Of a stretch of DNA of 37,976 nt, positions 9,704 to 20,431 are shown one piece after another. Made by a program: the position numbers and the translations under genes. Source of the DNA: Saprolegnia diclina VS20. Its lineage: Eukaryota. The notes beneath the pieces are model-generated. The model worked only from the letters and a program-made list of their open reading frames with translations, made no database searches and was not told where the DNA came from. Position 1 is the first letter of the stretch; each line of letters starts with the position of its first letter. The stretch is from the NCBI RefSeq assembly GCF_000281045.1, contig NW_008246081.1, positions 734,204 through 772,179 on the forward strand. The letters run 5' to 3'.

Positions 9704-11810
9704 ATGCGGTCGTGGAAGTTGCTGTGGCTCTGCCTCTGTTCTGTGGCGCTCGGCCTTGACGTCGACGGCTGGTTCAACTGCAGCGCCAACACACTTGCAT
9801 CAACGAATCCCCGGCGAAGCACGCGAAACCGTACCGTCGAGTGTGCCCTCGTCGTCCTTCCACTCTGCCATGCCCATGTCTGCGACGACCGATCCAACCG
9901 AACGGTTCAGGTCTTCGTGAAGCGTTTGGTGGCGCGCTCGGACCTCGAAGAAGGAGCATCGGTCCAAGACATTTGGGTTCTCCAGGGCGGCCCCGGTGCA
10001 TCGTCGATCGCAAGTCTGAGAACGTGCTTGCTTCGGTGCCTCTCACAAGGTCACGTCGATAGTGGAGACCATGATGATCGATCTCTACGACGTCCTGGAC
10101 GGTCATGTCAACGTGTACACGATGGACCATCGGGGCACGGGGCGAAGCGCGCCACTGCAATGCATCGCGACCCAAGCCGCGACACCAGGCAGTCCTGGTG
10201 GCGACGTCATCGAACTCGCTGAAATGCCCGACTGTATCCAAGACATACTGTTCGAGATCGGTACTACTTCTTTGGCTTTGCAACAGGCGCATGTTACGGC
10301 CAAATAGACGGGCACACGAGTGCCTTCTCCGTCACAAGTGCTGCGCTCGACCTTGTGGTGCATACGCCATACCATTGTGCGTGCGTCTCATCCAAGCATG
10401 TAGCTAATGCTTCGCGCCTTCTCGGGGGAAAACCGTCCAGCCTTTGTGTACGGCGCCAGCTATGGCACGCTTCTCGTCGAGCGCCTTATGCAGCTGGGCC
10501 CTACTGGTATCCACGGGTTCATCTTGGATGGCGTCGTTTCGCAGCGCGGCAGTGACGCGTTTCGACATTCGTTTGCCAACTGGGACCATGACGTGGCCAG
10601 TGTTGGTGCGTCCTCCGAACAGTAGACAATATGTCCACCCTTGCTGATAGGCACTCGGTTTCTCGATCGATGCACGACCGATCCCTTCTGCAAGGGCCAA
10701 GTGCAGGAGCACAATATCACGCAGCTTCTCCACGATGTCTACACCCGACTCGACGCAGCAAGCACCAATGTGTCCTTGGACATGCCGCCGTCGCACCATG
10801 TCCGGAGTGTCGTTTCCAAGATGCTGCTCAACTGGGAACTCCGGCAGCTATTGCCGGCGCTCATCTATCGCATGTGGCGCGCCGACAGCACCGACATTGC
10901 CGCGCTCGAGCAGTTCAAAGCGTCCAGTACTTCATGGCAAATGGCCGACGTCGCGGCACCGTCGGACGGCTTTTCCATGATGCTCTACTATCTGATTGTA
11001 TTCTCGGAGGAGTGGGTTTACCCAACACCATCCGTGTCGACGCTGGACGCCGAGTACGCGCGCGGCCTTTTCGGCACCGGTGTCTCGGCTCTCGTCCCCT
11101 TCTACTGCCTCATGACGCAGTACAACGACGACGCCTGTCGTACAGTGTCCCCGCAGTACGCTCTCAAACACCCGTTCGTGTACCGTCGTGACGCCTACTG
11201 GAATGCGACGACAACGATACCGGCGAATGCATCCGTGCTCTTGCTCACCGGCGAGTTTGACGCGCAGACCGAAGGCCGGTACGCCAACATGGAGATGCGC
11301 AACCTCGTCGGCAGCAAGAAGCGCATGATCACGTTCCCCGATGCCACGCATTGCGCCGCCTTTGCGACGCCCATGCTGTCGGTACGTCTACTCTAGTTAG
11401 TACCTTCTAGTTGGAGAGCGTTTATGCGTCGTGTGTAGGGTGACATACAGTGCGGTGTGTACGTGCTGGCGTCCTACTTGCTCCACGACGGTGCGCTCGA
11501 CGGGATCGATACTTCGTGCCAAGCGAGTATGCGTCGCATCTCGTTTCATATCTCGACCCAAGCGGCCCTCCAGTACTTTGGCACGCCCGACGCCTATGGC
11601 TCCAGCAACGTGGCACCGACGCTGGTTGCAGTGCAGCATCGCCCACTGCCGATGCTCACTCGTCATGCCAGCGCCGTCGAGTCGCTTGTTGTCGTTGTCT
11701 GTTGCGTATGCACGGTGATCGGCATCTTCGTACTGCGACACAAGAAACGCGTCCGTGCGCCTGGAGCCGATGCCCTCGAGCTCGTACGTGACGCGGCCAT
11801 GCTCCTATAG
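9704..11810 (+). CDS. Secreted, probably membrane-anchored alpha/beta hydrolase (S33 / tripeptidyl-aminopeptidase-like); about 6 exons
   Basis: Signal peptide MRSWKLLWLCLCSVALG, oxyanion motif LQGGPG, MDHRGTGRS, nucleophile YGASYGT (Ser at 10458-10460), acid GEFDAQT, His in DATHCA, and a hydrophobic C-terminal segment LVVVVCCVCTVIGIFVL followed by RHKKR. Confidence 0.85.
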
Positions 11811-12186
11811 CCTTTAACACAAAAAGAATGGTGTCGGAAGCCTCGTTAACGTCGACGTCTCGTCTCATGGATCGAGTTGATGCACGGGAATGCACGTCCC
11901 AGGAATGAGGATCAAACTATCGTGCAGACCTCTAGTGTGGGTACAACAGCGTGAAGAGGCTCGCTAGAGCAGGCGCCCGCCTCACCTTTGAAACGACAAG
12001 GTCGCATTGCATGCTTGTAGTTGCGCATCAGTCTCGCGAGGACGAGGACTAGAAAGACTCACCACGACATAGTTGCGTGTTTCATCCGCCATCTACGTAT
12101 TCCAAACGAAAATCACCGTCCTTTATTCATTCGTTTACTCTTCATACAAACATCCAGTCAACTTTTAAAAACGAAAAATAACACAC

Positions 12187-13400
12187 ATGGCCGATCCGCC
12201 ACGGACGAGCCTCGTGGCGGGCTGCCGCCGCCAGATCTGGACGACTGCGATCGCGACCTTTGCACATGGCTTCGCCTTGCTCCTTGGCCTCCTTCCGCCA
12301 TGCATCTTCGTGCCCATGGGCAAGATCATGGGCCACGCCTGCTACGCCGGTGCGTCTCGCTGCCTATCGCTGTCGACCTCGACGTCGTCGTGCTAGCGGG
12401 CTGGCGGAAACGCATTGCCAAGAAGAACCTTGCCATGGCCTTTCCAGACAAGTCCGAGATGGAGCGCAAGCAGCTGCTCAAGGAAGCGTACCAGACGACG
12501 TGCACGGTACGCTGTTGGTCCCATGTGCATCATGCCTCGACAACCTTGAACAGTCGCTGCTCTGGTTCCTCCATCTTCGCGCCTTTGATCGATGGAAGCA
12601 TATGGAGCGCTACGTCGACATATCATTCCCCACTGCGTACCTTGACGATGTCGCCAAAGGCCCTGTGCTCGTCACCTCGGCGCACCTCGGTAGCCGCTCG
12701 ACGGCGCCTCTTGTGCTTGATGCGCTGGCGTAGGGTGCTGGGAGCTGCTTCCATTTGTGCACGCGCCACCGCATGTGTCGATACGCAGCGTCTATGCGGT
12801 ACGTGCGCTCAACGGCTCGGTCATTGGTAGATTCACAGCGTACTAGCTCTACCGGCCACTCCACAACGTGGCGCTGGACCGCGTCGTCTTGGACCTTCGC
12901 CAGCACGATACGAGCATGCACCTCTTGCCGGTTGCGGCTCGCTTTGCTTGCATTGCCTCATGCGATAGAATAGGACAAGCACTGTCTTCCGAGCCTCTAC
13001 TCGATTCTCAAGGCCCCGGATCCCCACACGATCGTGGCACTGGTGTGCGACCAGCGCCCGAGCCACAACCACGTACCGGTGCGCTTCTTGGATCAACCGA
13101 CTTTTTATGCGCCGGGTGTTGCCGTTTTGCACATGCGAAGCCATCGACCAGTGTGGTTCACGGCGCTCTTGCACGCCCCATCTGACGCCGCCAAGCCATT
13201 TCGCCTCGTCACTGTCCCCGTATACAGGATATCTTCTCTGCGTGCGACCCTGCCCACTGCTATAGGTTATTGGACGCGGCGCCAACGTGACGCAGCTCGA
13301 TGTGATCATGCAATCGTACGCCGATATCGTCTCGGCGAACGTTCGGCAAGCCCCCGCGCAGTACATGTGGTTCCACGACCTCTGGCGCGACGCTGCTTAG
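12187..13400 (+). CDS. Lipid A late acyltransferase-like protein (LpxL/HtrB/LpxM family); multi-exon
   Basis: N-terminal hydrophobic anchor, RKRIAKKNLAMAFPDKSEMER, H-x4-E dyad SAHLG|CWE across intron 12690-12733, LYRPLHNVALD, LVCDQRP, VPVRFLDQPT, and C-terminal NVRQAPAQYMWFHDLWR. Stop at 13398-13400. Confidence 0.85.
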
Positions 13401-13896
13401 CTGCTCAATATAATAGAAGCAAAGTGGCAACACGCATGCTCATAGTCGGCCAGCTCTTCTTCTCTTCATCGCTTGTATTCTGCACTTTTGGTGTCGTATC
13501 CCACAAGTTATGCCGTAGTCGTAGCCTCGTCGCTCGTGAGAACGCATTGCTTTCGGTGGCGAACAACCAGCCGCAGCATCCTACTCGACATCACACGACG
13601 TGTCTTCCGTTGGCGGCTCAAAACGCGCAGCGGCCATTTCAGCCCTGCAGTCACAACTCCTCCACAGATGTACCGCCGACCAGGGCAGGTCACCTAGCCC
13701 ACAAGCAGCTTCCACAAGAAGCGCGTCGTGTGTGCGTGGGCTGCACCATGCTGATGAAATGTTGTCCTTCGATCAGGTGTAACGTTGCGTGCGTCGAGCA
13801 CGGTCCATCACCTTGATAGACTGCAAACTGGAAAGAACATATGTGTTGAAACGACACAAGAAATGTATTCTTCACAGCGACACGAGTGCAGGAGCT

Positions 13897-15375
13897 TTAC
13901 ATCGAGTGCATCTTGAGCTCGAGCTTGAAGAAGGCGAGGAAGAACGCGAGCGCACTCAAGATGCCGCCAACAAGCACGGGCAGCGCGTAGCCCATCGACG
14001 ACTTGACAAGCACCGACGAGAGGGCAAAGTTGAGGAACTGGCCGAGGCAGTTGGCCGAGTTGAAGGCGCCGGCAAACAAACCGAGGTTGTTGTTGGCACC
14101 GAGGCCAATGACGTGGATGATCGTCGGCATGACAAGCGACGAGAGCGCGCTCTGCGTCGCGCAGCACATGACAATGATGAGCATGTCGAGCCACACAATC
14201 TTGGAGAACGCCATCGCAATGAGAAGCGTCTGCGGAATGATCGCATACGTCAGCACGCGCTTGGCGCCAAACTTGCGGACGAGGAACGGCAAGATCGCGA
14301 GGAAGAGGAGCGAGACGCAGTTGAGAATCGTGTCGGTCGTGCCACTCGCGAGGCGGACACCGTCATTAAAGTTCTGCTGCGCTTCCGTGCACGCCGCGAG
14401 GCCGTCGTGGCCGCACTTGTCGGCGCCTTCCGACGAGCCGCCCTTGACGACAATGCCAAAGAACTGGCCCTTCGCCCCCGTGTACGCAGTCCAGCCGTAC
14501 TGAATGAGCACAAACATAACAGCGTAGACCTTGAGGAGGCTCGGGAGGAGCTTGATGCCGGTCCAGACGGCCGAAAACGCTGCGCGGATTTCCTCCTTCT
14601 TGTTGGTGGCGACCGTCGGCACATACGGCGTCTCCTTGACAAAGAAGCAAACCGACATGGTCGTCACGAGCATGATCACGATGAGCATCGTCATGAACGA
14701 CTTGATCGACTCGTGGGCCGCGCCAAAGAAGAGGATGTAGCCCGAGACCGCGAACGAGCCGGCAATCGAGTAGGCGCCGCCGATCGAGGCGGCCGTGACT
14801 TGGCGGTCGCCGGCAAAATCGGCGATAATGAGACCGGCGGGGACTTGGGTCACGTTGCACGTAATGTCCATCCAAATGTAGCAGAGGACGGTAAACACCG
14901 TCGTCCACTTGCGCGAGATTGGAACCCCTTTGGTGTTGTACTCGGTGAACTGCGTCGACTTGGTGTCGCCGAGCGCCTCGCCAATGTCGACCGTGTGCAT
15001 CATGATGAGCCAGCAAAGCGCGCTCGTGACCGCACCCCAAAAGAGGTACGGGCGGCGACGACCGTACTTGGACGTGCAGTTGTCACAGAGGACGCCGACC
15101 GTGGGGGCGACGAGGAGACCGGTGGTCGGACCCACAAGCTGGACGACTTGGACCCACGACGAGTCGAGGAGAATTTCGAGGAGCGGGCTGAGTGCCGCCC
15201 ACTGCGCCGCCCACGCCATGTTCATGGCCATCTTGGGCGCGCAAAGAAGCACCATAAAGAGGATCGAGCAGCCTTCGACGGGCGCAGCCGCGTTCTCTTC
15301 GTCGACTTGCTTCTCGGCGTCATTCAAGTCCTTGGGCGTCGTCACGACTTCGTAATCGGTCTTCGTATCGGCCAT
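13897..15375 (-). CDS. Sucrose/H+ symporter-like MFS transporter (GPH family, SUC/SLC45-like), single exon, 492 aa
   Basis: AWAAQWAALSP, GPTTGLLVAPTVGVLCDNCTSKYGRRRPYL, WMDITCNVTQVP and GLFAGAFNSANCLGQFL, with about 12 hydrophobic segments. Confidence 0.92.
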   Translation of the reverse strand: MADTKTDYEVVTTPKDLNDAEKQVDEENAAAPVEGCSILFMVLLCAPKMAMNMAWAAQWAALSPLLEILLDSSWVQVVQLVGPTTGLLVAPTVGVLCDNCTSKYGRRRPYLFWGAVTSALCWLIMMHTVDIGEALGDTKSTQFTEYNTKGVPISRKWTTVFTVLCYIWMDITCNVTQVPAGLIIADFAGDRQVTAASIGGAYSIAGSFAVSGYILFFGAAHESIKSFMTMLIVIMLVTTMSVCFFVKETPYVPTVATNKKEEIRAAFSAVWTGIKLLPSLLKVYAVMFVLIQYGWTAYTGAKGQFFGIVVKGGSSEGADKCGHDGLAACTEAQQNFNDGVRLASGTTDTILNCVSLLFLAILPFLVRKFGAKRVLTYAIIPQTLLIAMAFSKIVWLDMLIIVMCCATQSALSSLVMPTIIHVIGLGANNNLGLFAGAFNSANCLGQFLNFALSSVLVKSSMGYALPVLVGGILSALAFFLAFFKLELKMHSM

Positions 15376-15390
15376 GGTGTGGTCCAGGGA

Positions 15391-15406
15391 TTGAATTGGA
15401 AAATGA
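15391..15406 (-). promoter_or_regulatory. Oomycete initiator (INR) with partial FPR upstream of the transporter
   Basis: Minus strand reads TCATTTT-CC-AATTCAA, ending 15 nt before the ATG. INR consensus YCAYTYY is matched; FPR is matched only partly. Confidence 0.5.
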
Positions 15407-16703
15407 TTCCCTTAACTTGCAAGGAAACCAAAAAGAGAGAAAGGACAAAAAGACGGCCTCGCGTTAGATGTTTGACAGAAGCGCGCTCAGTGAAAAGATC
15501 CTTGATCTGCAACGCTCAATGTGTGGACGCGAGCGTTGTCGCCACCCAGGTCAACTAGGTGGCTGCAAGGTCGAGTTCAACGTAGGAACGAGTGCACGCT
15601 GTGCGGCGCAAGAAGTCAACGCAATCCGAAATAGAGTAATCGGCACTAACCTGAGTGTCCACCTCGAAGCTCGGAAAAAGGTGCAGCGTGTACAGGCGCA
15701 GACAGGCGTCGCCGCGCTTTTATAGCGCAAGTGCAAGCCCGTGATCGTCCTTACAAGAACACTTCACGCGTGGCGCGCCGCCATCACGTCACTCGCTGAG
15801 AAAGAGACCAATCACAGCCAAAAGATACGCCTCGCCCATCAACTTTTAGGTGCAGCACATCGAGTGGTGAAAACATGTGGTATCTAGATGCCATCTCGCG
15901 ACACCGCAACGTCCAAACGGCAACTTCAAGTTGAAATTTCGGGGCATTTCCGGTCCACCAAAAAGACGGTCGGTCTAGCGCGCCGACCCAGTATTGTGCC
16001 TTGTGAAAGCCTCTGTATTGCTGCTCCAAGGGACCGAGATGGAAACAAGTGGAGCTGACTGGGACATGGGTATGATTCCGTCTTGCCAGAATCAACAACG
16101 AGCGGCTGTCGATCGAGTGTCATCGGGTAGTCACGGGTGCGAGCACTGCTTCGGCAATAGACACGTTATCGATAAGGACACAACCCGCGCAAGGGTTTCT
16201 AGGTGCGACCCAGGAGAGATAACGCCATAGCTTCCGTCTCGGTGCAAATTCGAGCCCCGTGGATGGGTGGTGGTGTGCGCTCCCATGCGCTGAAGCGGCT
16301 TTGCACCCGCCGAAGTCGATATGTGCCAAGACCCTAAAAGCCCGGTTGGTTGTTGTCGACTTGACCAACTGCCCTTGGACCAGATTTGGTGTCGCTCCCA
16401 TGGCCTGATCGGCTCGCGCGTTCTCTTGTGGTATTGTACTGATGGGTATACTTGCGAGCTGCACACCAAGCGCAATCCGCAGGTGCTACAACTTGCTATC
16501 ATCAGAAACGGTGTATTCAAACAAATGGCTCGTGGACTCTATCGCCGAGCGTGACGGTCAGCCGGTACTAGCGCGCGAGGACTCCACTAATTGGCAGCTC
16601 TAAGTGGCGCCCCACGCACGTTGAGAGAGCATGAAGAAGAAGAAGCAACGATCGGGTGCGCGACATGTTTGGGTATATTCCCATCGGTTTATCGCACAAG
16701 GCG

Positions 16704-17531
16704 TTAGCGGTCGAGGTCGAAAGCAACGTGCTCGAGGTGGTCGATCTCGGTCCTGCCGCCGCGCAAACGGCTTCGAACGTTGTCATCGTCATAGCCATTC
16801 GCAGCGGCTTCGTCGACGGCACTTAAAGGCGACCCGTCAGGTTCCAGTGCCGCGACCACCGCTGGCGTGCCGACAACAGCCGCGAGGACACGGGCGCATT
16901 TCGTCTCGGGGTGCGCCTCGTAGAGGTAGCGAACACTGTCCAAGCACACGTTCTTGACGGCAGCGATGATTGCGTCAACGGCCCAGTGCTCGCCGAATGG
17001 AGTCGCATAGTAGGCGCTGAGGAGTTTTAGCGCTGCCCTCGCATTGCGCTTCGCCACAAGCGCCGGCAGCTCGTGGCGCCAGCCATGTCGATGGACCGTG
17101 CGTCCATGTTGCAGTACGGTCGCGCGGTGCGACAAGAGATGCGCGGCGATTTCCGAGAGGTGATAGAAGATCGCCATGTCGATCGCATTCTCCGAGAAGA
17201 GGTCGTCGGCGCAGGCGAGAATGCGCGCCACCGCAGCCGCGTCGCCTTCGTAGATAGCCAAGTGCAAGACAAAGCGAATGTCGCGGTCGTTCTCGGAGAA
17301 GAGAAAGAGCTCGCGCACGCTCAGCGTCGAGACGCTGCGAAGGGGATGATCGAGTCGGCTTTGGACGTGGCGGCAGAGGTGGTACCGGCCGTCAGTGGCC
17401 GCGTCAAAGCCGACGGCCGTTGCAAACTCGACAAACCGATGGCGTACGCACGCGTAGACGCCGTGCTGGTAGCTAAAGACGAGCGCTGCGATCGGCGGCA
17501 GCCCGAGCACCGTCGAAGCGAAGGACGCCAT
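16704..17531 (-). CDS. Ankyrin-like repeat protein of an oomycete lineage-expanded type; possibly 3'-disrupted
   Basis: Start MASFASTVLGLPPIAALVFSYQHGVY. Ankyrin-like units LHLAIYEGDAAAVARIL, AIDMAIFYHLSEIAAHLL, AIIAAVKNVCLDSVRYL and AVDEAAANGY, the last ending abruptly. No introns needed. Confidence 0.55.
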   Translation of the reverse strand: MASFASTVLGLPPIAALVFSYQHGVYACVRHRFVEFATAVGFDAATDGRYHLCRHVQSRLDHPLRSVSTLSVRELFLFSENDRDIRFVLHLAIYEGDAAAVARILACADDLFSENAIDMAIFYHLSEIAAHLLSHRATVLQHGRTVHRHGWRHELPALVAKRNARAALKLLSAYYATPFGEHWAVDAIIAAVKNVCLDSVRYLYEAHPETKCARVLAAVVGTPAVVAALEPDGSPLSAVDEAAANGYDDDNVRSRLRGGRTEIDHLEHVAFDLDR

Positions 17532-17901
17532 GCTGGTCAGTTGGGTCGATCGATGGCAATGGTGGCTCGTGATTGGTGCAGTCGAATCAACAAAGCACTG
17601 TGATTGGCGGAACCAAATCTCGACAGCTGATCGCGTCTCGAATGGCTGCAGCACCGACAACCTGTGCCTCCATGAAGATGCACACGCAGTTGGCCGCAAA
17701 TGAAGGAGTCCACCACACTTGCGAACCCGTGCACTGCGACTATCCGTACATGGCTGCGTGTCCTGTGTAGTAGCATGAAGGTCGAGTCCAAAGTGGCTCG
17801 AGAAGGCCAGGATTGCTTAGCGTGTGCAGACGAATGCTCCTGCGAGTTGATACATTGATACACATCGACGTGTTGCAAGAAGTTGCCAATGCATTTGTCG
17901 C

Positions 17902-19305
17902 TTACAACTCGTCCTTGCCAAGGCCCAGTTCGGCCATGATGTCGTCATCGTCATCATCCGCAAAGCGCTCCAACGTCGCGTCTTGGCCGTCCCAGCCGGT
18001 CGTCTTGGCGACCTTGGGCAACGCCTCGTATGGGAACGTCGACTGGCGACCGGAGAAGATGCCTTCCAAATACGACGCAATCGAAGTCGCGTCAAACGCC
18101 GCGCGCATGACCGAGTAGCGTTGCTTGTCCAAGTTGATGGCGAGGACCGCGGGGTACCCAAACGTGAGCCCAAACGCGTCTTCGAGCGCCGCTTGGTCGC
18201 CGCCCTGGACCCACGCAAAGCGGAACGGCTTGCCGCGCACGAGCTTGGCCGCGCTTTCGACTTGGGCCAAGTACGCCTCGCGCCCGGCCTTGCCGCCGTC
18301 GATAATGTGCGGAAGGAATGCAAGCACGCAGATGGCCTTGCCCGCGCAGTGATCCAAAAGCACCTTTTCCGACGTGATTTCCGGGAGCTTCATGCCACCG
18401 CCGAGCGCCTCGAGCTTCTGGAGCGCATACGCAGTGATGCCAGCGGCCTGGCGCGGGCCCTGGTAGTCGATCGCGTCCGAAGCTGACGCCGCGGTCGGGC
18501 CAAACACCTTGATCGTGGGGAAGCCCTTGATGCCGTACTCGGCCGCCTTGGCTTCGTTGGCCGTCGCGTCAAGCGCACCAAGCTTGACCGAGCCGCGGAG
18601 CTCGGACGCCGCCTGCTCCCACTCGGGCGCAAGCGACTTGCAGTGCCCGCACCACGGCGCGTAAAACTCGACAAGCCACACATCACCGCTGTTCAAGACG
18701 AGCTCGTCAAACGTATCGTCCGTGAGCGTGACAACGTCCGAGGACGACGACGACGACGAAGGCTTGGCCTTGGCCTTTTCGGCCTTGGGCTTCTTTTCGG
18801 TCTTGGTCTTCTCGGCCTTGCCCGAGAGACGGGCCTTGGCGAGCTTGGACGCTTCACGCACACCGGCATCGACAATGGCCTTAGCCGAGCGCTCGCCTTG
18901 GTAGTCCACCGGGGCGCGCTTGTTGTCGCCAAAGATCTTGATGGTCGGAAAACCCTGGACGCCAAACTGGCCAGCGAGGCTCTTGTGCTCGTCGCAGTCA
19001 ACAGCGGCGACGTTGACGATGCCATCGAGCGCCTTCGCTGCCTTCTTCCACTCGGGTGCGAGGTTCTTGCAGTGGCCACACCACGGCGCGTAAAACTCGA
19101 CGAGCCAGACGCCCTTGCCTTCCTACGCTCACGCATCGTCGTCCATAGGTCATGGTAGCAGGCGCCAACGTACGATGACTTCCTTCTGGAACGACTTGGG
19201 GTCGAGGTTCTTGACGGCGCCGGCCGACGTGTAGAAGCTCGAGCCCGCGAGGCTCAGCGCGCACGTGGCAGCGAGGACGACCAAGGTCAGGAGCTTCGAT
19301 GCCAT
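17902..19305 (-). CDS. PDIA6: Protein disulfide isomerase A6 / P5 (2 exons)
   Basis: Signal peptide MASKLLTLVVLAATCALSLA, intron 19123-19173, two thioredoxin domains with WLVEFYAPWCGHCK, a b-type domain, an acidic tail and C-terminal KDEL. Confidence 0.95.
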
Positions 19306-19363
19306 TTTCCAAAATACCGTCCACGGCAACCCGTGCTCGCACCGTAGCCACGACGCAGGATGC

Positions 19364-19375
19364 GATTGGTCAAAA
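19364..19375. promoter_or_regulatory. CCAAT-box-like element (GATTGGTCAAAA) in the PDIA6 promoter
   Basis: About 60 nt upstream of the PDIA6 ATG. Similar elements occur upstream of importin-4 (TGATTGGTCGAA, 25884-25895) and between STX18 and the S33 gene (GATTGGC, 9632-9638). Confidence 0.5.
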
Positions 19376-20391
19376 TACACAGGATTTCGATATTTGGACC
19401 AATGGGCACGGCCTGTCGCCGCACGCGGCTAAAAACACCCCACTTTCTAGAAGCTCCAGCAACAGATCTTGATCGCTGACGCAAGCTACCTTTGTACTCA
19501 CGAGTCCATCCAAATGCGGTGCAAACACCGAGGCCCTTTCACGACGTACGTACTGCCAAAATAGGGACGTCCCTTTCTTTTGTGAGCCGAAGCTCGTGGC
19601 TGCTATGTGATGTAGCAGAGGTGACAACGACTTGCGTTCTTACGCCCGCTGTGCCTGATCGCCCACTGGGACCATGCACGGGGACGACCTCAATCCAGCA
19701 TCTCGACGTCATTGGACGCCAGTTTAATAACCTTTCGTACACGCATCGTTTTCCAACATTTACCACAGGACGAAGACTGGTGGCGAGTGTAGCTGGTGTG
19801 ACCAAATGAACTGTGACGCTGCATCCGCCGATAGAATTGGCCATTTCCATTTCGCTTCTTATGAGTGAGGACGTGAATCCACACCCTAAGGTTGTGCTCG
19901 TGACTCCCATCCATTCTCGTGGACACACGAGCTTCATGCATCTCACAATTCGATTGAGTTTGTTCGTACAAGAACACAATTCAACTCTATGGCGCAAGTA
20001 CACTACCATGGCCTTGGTTCTACCAAGGGTCGGGAAAGCAACATTAGAGTCCAATGATGAGGATGCCAAACGATTTTGATGGCGATTCGTCCCACGCACG
20101 CTTAGTGGGCTCATTCCTTGCCGGCCGTGGCTCTGTCTACCGCGTTATTAACGGTCATCGCAGCTCTTATTGTTTCCAGTCACACAGCACACCAAGAACT
20201 GCGCTCATGACACGCCTCGCACATCTCATGCAAAGGCTGCCGACGCCCGGACGTGTCCCTTCAACGGGACGACTCAGATGCACGACCAACGCTCTTGGTG
20301 TAATGTTCACGCGGCCAGCATGCGCCATCACAGACAGGGCCATGTACCGTGGATATGCGGCGACTAACTGATTCCATCGCGCCGCCTGTAG

Positions 20392-20407
20392 TCATTTTTC
20401 CATTTCC
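20392..20407 (+). promoter_or_regulatory. Oomycete INR+FPR core promoter element of the MATE gene
   Basis: TCATTTT-TC-CATTTCC matches YCAYTYY-NN-MWTTTNC and ends 24 nt upstream of the ATG at 20432. Confidence 0.7.
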
Positions 20408-20431
20408 AGCCATATATCGACAACACCAATC

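Noticed and set aside
10005..10062. Possible third GC-AG intron (GCAAGT at ~10010) in the S33 gene
   Set aside because: The adjacent GT donor (GCAA|GTCTGA) restores the frame (ASSIA-M-ETMM), so no GC donor is needed.
13789..15558. 589-aa plus-strand ORF opposite the sugar transporter
   Set aside because: Same antisense-shadow artefact; the minus strand carries the recognisable transporter.
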